This document shows positions 59,751-64,000 of a DNA stretch of 64,000 bases, piece by piece (the first letter of the stretch is position 1; every line of letters starts with the position of its first letter). The DNA is from Desulfatiglandales bacterium (GTDB taxonomy: Bacteria > Desulfobacterota > DSM-4660 > Desulfatiglandales > HGW-15). The DNA is taken from assembly GCA_963667015.2 (NCBI GenBank), contig CAXXJJ010000004.1, positions 4,077,662-4,141,661 of the forward strand, in the 5' to 3' direction. The notes beneath the pieces are model-generated. The model did not search any database, was not told the origin of the DNA, and saw only the letters and a program-made list of their open reading frames with translations. The translations under genes were made by a program, and so were the position numbers.

Positions 59751-59865
59751 ATCCTCACATATTACATAAAACCAATGCAAAAATACATTGTGACGTCAGG
59801 ATGATATTAAAGGCGGCCATTATGTTTTCGTTAAAATGATGTTCAAATTTTAGAGATTATATATA

Positions 59866-59926
59866 TCACAACAATCAAGAAAGCTTGGATACTGGCAAGC
59901 TATGTTGTGAGATTGGTTATGTTGTG
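59866..59926. repeat. TGTTGTG boxes at probable left end of RIT-like element
   Basis: TCACAACA (59866, inverted) and TATGTTGTG at 59901 and 59918. Confidence 0.5.
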
Positions 59927-60100
59927 TGTTTTAATTCCCTCCATAAAATTCATCATTTAATTCCAAAAGAAAGATTAAGTATCCATTTTATTCATCTAAT
60001 TTCTCATCATTTAGCTTTCCAATACAAAGCGTCCCTCTATGCATACCAGTCCATTTTAATCTAAAGTCGTTTTTTCACCTTGATAACAAGGGAGGAAACG

Positions 60101-60511
60101 ATGCATGAGGAGAAGGTTTTAAAGAAGCGACCGTGCAGGATCTGTAGGCGCTGGTTTGTGCCGAACCCAAGGTTGAAAGACCGTCAAATGACCTGTGGTG
60201 ACCCTGGATGTAAGAAGGAATGGCATAGAAGGAAGTGTAGAGAGTGGAACAGGAAAAACACCGACTATTTTAGATCCAATTACCTTCAAAAGAAACTCAG
60301 TGCAGCTTGTCAGTCCGGAACTTCTCCTTTGTTACAGCCGAAGACCCGGTTAAAGTCCGGACTACCCCATTTGTTAGTTCAAGAGGTGATAAGCATTCAA
60401 CATCTTATAATCGTTGAGTATTTCGGACAACTACTCTTCAGACGATTTCAAGAGGTGTTAAGACGTCAACCGGTTGTTATAACAAGGAAAATAGAACGAC
60501 TTCCCCCTTAG
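60101..60511 (+). CDS. Cys-rich basic hypothetical protein
   Basis: GGAGG RBS; CRICRRWF..QMTCGDPGC. Confidence 0.7.
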   Translation: MHEEKVLKKRPCRICRRWFVPNPRLKDRQMTCGDPGCKKEWHRRKCREWNRKNTDYFRSNYLQKKLSAACQSGTSPLLQPKTRLKSGLPHLLVQEVISIQHLIIVEYFGQLLFRRFQEVLRRQPVVITRKIERLPP

Positions 60512-60583
60512 ATGCTTTCAAGATGTGATCGACTCTTTCCGGGATTTGCAGATATATTTACCTGTAAAACTCAGGAGTTGACC

Positions 60584-60985
60584 ATGATAAAGAAAAAGAT
60601 TCTCAATCCGAATCGGATCAGACATATTGAAGGAGGTTTCGGTTTTTTACCTCACCGACTTCTGACTGATGAGTTTCTTGCATCCCTGGAACAGGTAGAG
60701 ATCCTGTTATACTCCTTCCTCATACTTGCTGCAGATAGATATGGGTTATCTTTCTACTCCTATGATGCCATTTGTTCTTTGCTCCGGCTTTCTATGGATG
60801 AGTATATTGAAGCCCGGGATGGGCTCTTAAAGAAAGATTTAATTGCCTTTGACGGAACACTTTATCAGGTACTTTCCCTGCCTCCGAAACCATTATGGGA
60901 AAAAACTTCACATAAAAGCCAGAGTAATCCCGGGATCAGCGGGCTGATACAGGAATCACTTTTGGAGGTTCAAAGTGATCCTTGA
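60584..60985 (+). CDS. Putative winged-HTH protein
   Basis: AGGAG RBS; LLYSFLILAADRYGLSFYSYDAICSLL. Confidence 0.65.
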   Translation: MIKKKILNPNRIRHIEGGFGFLPHRLLTDEFLASLEQVEILLYSFLILAADRYGLSFYSYDAICSLLRLSMDEYIEARDGLLKKDLIAFDGTLYQVLSLPPKPLWEKTSHKSQSNPGISGLIQESLLEVQSDP

Positions 60986-62153
60986 AGACAGCCGGAGATT
61001 AATGGACTCGATCCGGGATTATATGCATTGGGTCAAATCAATTGAGAAGGAAAAGGGGAGCAGATCCCATAAGCGTTACAAGCATATCCTGATCGACTTT
61101 CTCTTCTATGTAATCCATAAAGATATAATATGGGAAAACATATTTACTAATGGTACTGCAGAAGCCTTTCAAATATATAGCGGTTATAAGAATGCCTATT
61201 CTGCACTTAGGTCGTTATCAGACTATCTTTTCAGCCGGGGAGTTATCGATCATACCCTGAATCAAAAAAATGCTGCGCCACCTTTACCGGATATTTATGA
61301 AGAATACCTCCTTCATCACTCTCAATCTCTTGACAGTTCTCCTACACACATCAAACGGATCAGGAGGGTTTTAAGACCATTCCATGAGTATCTGGAAAAA
61401 AATGCCATCTCCCTTTCAAAACTCAAAATCGAACATTGTGATGCCTTCATGGCAACATTCAAGGTGTCGGACTATAGCCGCAGGCTCTATCGTTATTGCC
61501 TCAGAGGTTTTTTAAAGCATCTCTATCATGAAAAGAAGATTATCAAAAGGGATCTGGCCTCGTTTCTTGTCGGCCCTCCTCAGTTTGCCCAGAAAAGGCT
61601 GCCAAGGTTTTTACGTCCAAAGCAGGTAAAAGAACTCTTTGCCTCCCTGGAGCTTTCCACACCCACACAAATGAGAACCTATGCCCTGATACACATAGCT
61701 TACTCCCTGGGGCTCAGGCCTGCGGAGATCAGTAAGATTACGTTAGATGATATCTCTTTCCAGCAGAAAGAACTCACCCTCAAGGAAAGAAAAGGAGGGG
61801 ATGTCATCATCCTGCCTGTACCTGAAGACACCATTAAGGCTATTGCTCTTTATGTCAGTAAGGGAAGACCTCATGGATCATCAAAATATCTGTTTCTTAA
61901 TCATCACTTTCCCTTTCATCCTATGAAAGCCAATAACGTTGTGGGGTCTATAGCAAGGGCCATGAAACAGGCCGGGCTCTCTTCATCTGCATACTGGCTC
62001 AGGCATACTTATGCACAGAACCTTCTCCATATGGGCCAATCCATTTATGAGGTGAAAGAAATGATGGGCCACCAGAACATACAGTCAACTCACAGATATC
62101 TTCATATCAGCACAGAGTTTATGAGAAAGGTTATCTTTAATGAAGAACTTTGA
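60975..62153 (+). CDS. Tyrosine recombinase (RitA-like)
   Basis: YSLGLRPAEI, WLRHTYA, MGH..STHRY. Confidence 0.88.
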   Translation: MILEDSRRLMDSIRDYMHWVKSIEKEKGSRSHKRYKHILIDFLFYVIHKDIIWENIFTNGTAEAFQIYSGYKNAYSALRSLSDYLFSRGVIDHTLNQKNAAPPLPDIYEEYLLHHSQSLDSSPTHIKRIRRVLRPFHEYLEKNAISLSKLKIEHCDAFMATFKVSDYSRRLYRYCLRGFLKHLYHEKKIIKRDLASFLVGPPQFAQKRLPRFLRPKQVKELFASLELSTPTQMRTYALIHIAYSLGLRPAEISKITLDDISFQQKELTLKERKGGDVIILPVPEDTIKAIALYVSKGRPHGSSKYLFLNHHFPFHPMKANNVVGSIARAMKQAGLSSSAYWLRHTYAQNLLHMGQSIYEVKEMMGHQNIQSTHRYLHISTEFMRKVIFNEEL

Positions 62154-63114
62154 AAGTTTTCTTGCTCCGCAACTAAATGATTATCTTGCTTATCGTCAAG
62201 GCCTGGGATACAGCATAAAATTATCCCGGGCTAATCTTCTGGTCCTTGATCGATATTTAAAAGAGACAAACGCTGACTGGCATTCTCTTCACTCTTTCTA
62301 CTTTCTTGAGATGAGAGCCAGCCTGGAGTTAGAGCCACGTGGTGTCAACAGTGTATTCTCCTCAGTTAGAGTCTTTTTAAATTACCTCTTACGACAGGAG
62401 TACCTGGTTGAAAATCCCATTCAGGACATTCCCCCTCTTAAGGAGAACAGCATCATTCCTTTTGTTTTCTCCTGTGAGCAAACCGATCAATTACTAAATG
62501 CCGCATGTAATAGATTAAGAAAAAAAAATCAGTATTTTCTGGCAGACCTTGCGGAATACCTTGTTATTCTTTTATTGGCACGATGCGGTATGAGGATATC
62601 AGAACCACTGAAACTTATGAGACATCATTACAACAGGGATGACGCTACCCTGTATATTAAAAAGACCAAGTTTAAGAAACAGAGGTTGATCCCCATACCA
62701 GGTACTGTAAAATCGGAGATAGAAAACTATCTTGCTGTGCGCGGGCATGCATGCCCCAATGATGAGAATCCATATCTACTTGCAGGGAAAGGCCTCAAAG
62801 CCATAAGAGACTATCGTATACGCAATTTATTCCATAAAGCCGTAGAAGATATCGGGCTTGACCAGCCAAGAAAAATCATAGGCAATGTGAACTTCAGTCA
62901 GCCCACACCTCATAGCCTCAGACACAGTTTCGCAGTAAATACCCTGCTGAACGTTAAAAAACGAGGACAATCTCCGCAGAATGCCCTTCCGGTGCTTGCT
63001 GCTTATATGGGCCATGCGGAATACAAATACACCAGTGTTTATCTCAGGGTCATGGATGCGATCAGCCGTAAAAATCTGGTGGATTTTTCTTTATGGCAGA
63101 AGAGGAAGGAATGA
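62140..63114 (+). CDS. Tyrosine recombinase (RitB-like)
   Basis: [37 protein letters not shown]. Confidence 0.9.
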   Translation: MKNFESFLAPQLNDYLAYRQGLGYSIKLSRANLLVLDRYLKETNADWHSLHSFYFLEMRASLELEPRGVNSVFSSVRVFLNYLLRQEYLVENPIQDIPPLKENSIIPFVFSCEQTDQLLNAACNRLRKKNQYFLADLAEYLVILLLARCGMRISEPLKLMRHHYNRDDATLYIKKTKFKKQRLIPIPGTVKSEIENYLAVRGHACPNDENPYLLAGKGLKAIRDYRIRNLFHKAVEDIGLDQPRKIIGNVNFSQPTPHSLRHSFAVNTLLNVKKRGQSPQNALPVLAAYMGHAEYKYTSVYLRVMDAISRKNLVDFSLWQKRKE

Positions 63115-64000
63115 AGATATCTACTGCTGTCCATAAGTTCTTTGAACAATACCTTCCCCACATCAAGGGAGTAAGTCATAATACTGTCAAATCCTACCGT
63201 GATACCTTCAGACTTTTTCTGCCTTTTATTGCAAAATATTATGACAATAAAATAAGCTCTCTCAAGGTGGAGCATATCTCGTCTGAGATAATTATTGCAT
63301 TCCTGAACGAGCTGCAGGTTGAGCGTAATAATATTGCAAAGACCCGGAATCAAAGACTGGCTGCCATTAAGTCCTTTGCTAAAATGATCCGGTTTATGAG
63401 TCCTGAATACAGGGAACTGGCTGACAGGATACTCAATATCCCCCAGAAGCGTACTCGGAAAACTCTGGTAGGCTTTCTCTATCAGGATGAGATACTAAAG
63501 GTCTTTCAATGTGTAGATATCAAGAGGAGAGACGGCTTTCGGGATTATACCCTGCTTCATCTTCTCTATGACTCAGGGGCAAGAGCGAGTGAGATTACAG
63601 CCCTTAATATCGATTACTTCGATCCTGACCATAATACACTTGCCATCCTGGGAAAGGGAGATCGTTTCCGTATTATCCCCCTTGAAAAAAGAACATCACA
63701 GCTCATGCAGCTTTATATAAAAAAATATCGTGTAGAGCCGAAAGCGCAATACAAACACCGTATCTTTATCAATCAAAGAAGAGAAGAGCTTACAAGGCAT
63801 GGTATTTATCGTCTCTGTAAAAAATACCTTTCTATGGCCATTCCTGAAAAACGACTGAAGTACATCAATCCCGCTCACAGTTTCCGTCATTCCAGGGCAG
63901 TGGATCTCCTTTACCGTGGTGAATCCATCACGGATATCAAAAACCGTTTAGGGCATGACAACATCCAGTCAACAACTATTTATCTCCATCTCGATCTCAA
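63111..64000 (+). CDS. Tyrosine recombinase (RitC-like), 3' partial
   Basis: ATGA overlap; SHNTVKSYRDTF, TRNQRLAAIKSF, YDSGARASE, HSFRHS, LGH..TTIY. Confidence 0.9.
   Translation, partial: MKISTAVHKFFEQYLPHIKGVSHNTVKSYRDTFRLFLPFIAKYYDNKISSLKVEHISSEIIIAFLNELQVERNNIAKTRNQRLAAIKSFAKMIRFMSPEYRELADRILNIPQKRTRKTLVGFLYQDEILKVFQCVDIKRRDGFRDYTLLHLLYDSGARASEITALNIDYFDPDHNTLAILGKGDRFRIIPLEKRTSQLMQLYIKKYRVEPKAQYKHRIFINQRREELTRHGIYRLCKKYLSMAIPEKRLKYINPAHSFRHSRAVDLLYRGESITDIKNRLGHDNIQSTTIYLHLDL

Larger units (their letters stand above)
59901..64000 (+). mobile_element. RIT-like (recombinase-in-trio) element, right end outside window
   Basis: Three overlapping tyrosine recombinase genes preceded by two accessory ORFs; left boundary approximate. 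Confidence 0.8.

Overview
Bacterial chromosomal window; gene content suggests an anaerobic Desulfobacterota-like organism (inference). The flanks are mostly ordinary: epmA, PAS/hybrid sensors, ABC exporters, an OmpA lipoprotein, and an eight-gene futalosine menaquinone operon. The centre (~30.76-44.0 kb) is an integron cassette array with no integrase gene beside it. It has an attI-like site, a leader of five palindromic boxes, and 12 cassettes whose GTT.../...AAC ends I could pair by eye. Two mobile elements sit in its attC sites. (1) Two apparently identical 1956-bp group II introns, not class IIC by their domain V, lie in the sense orientation exactly after GTTA of the attC R' core; a candidate EBS1 loop (UAACGA) is complementary to that core. 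(2) An IS91-family element carrying a tyrosine recombinase lies antisense in an attC R'' box; the recombinase needs a -1 frameshift at A_AAA_AAG to be complete. Other notable items: a UGA-split UxxC selenoprotein candidate with a SECIS-like hairpin, a five-gene RIT-like element at the right edge, a 6S-like/sRNA locus, small unannotated ORFs and several pseudogenes. All calls are by eye from the sequence and ORF track; no searches were run.
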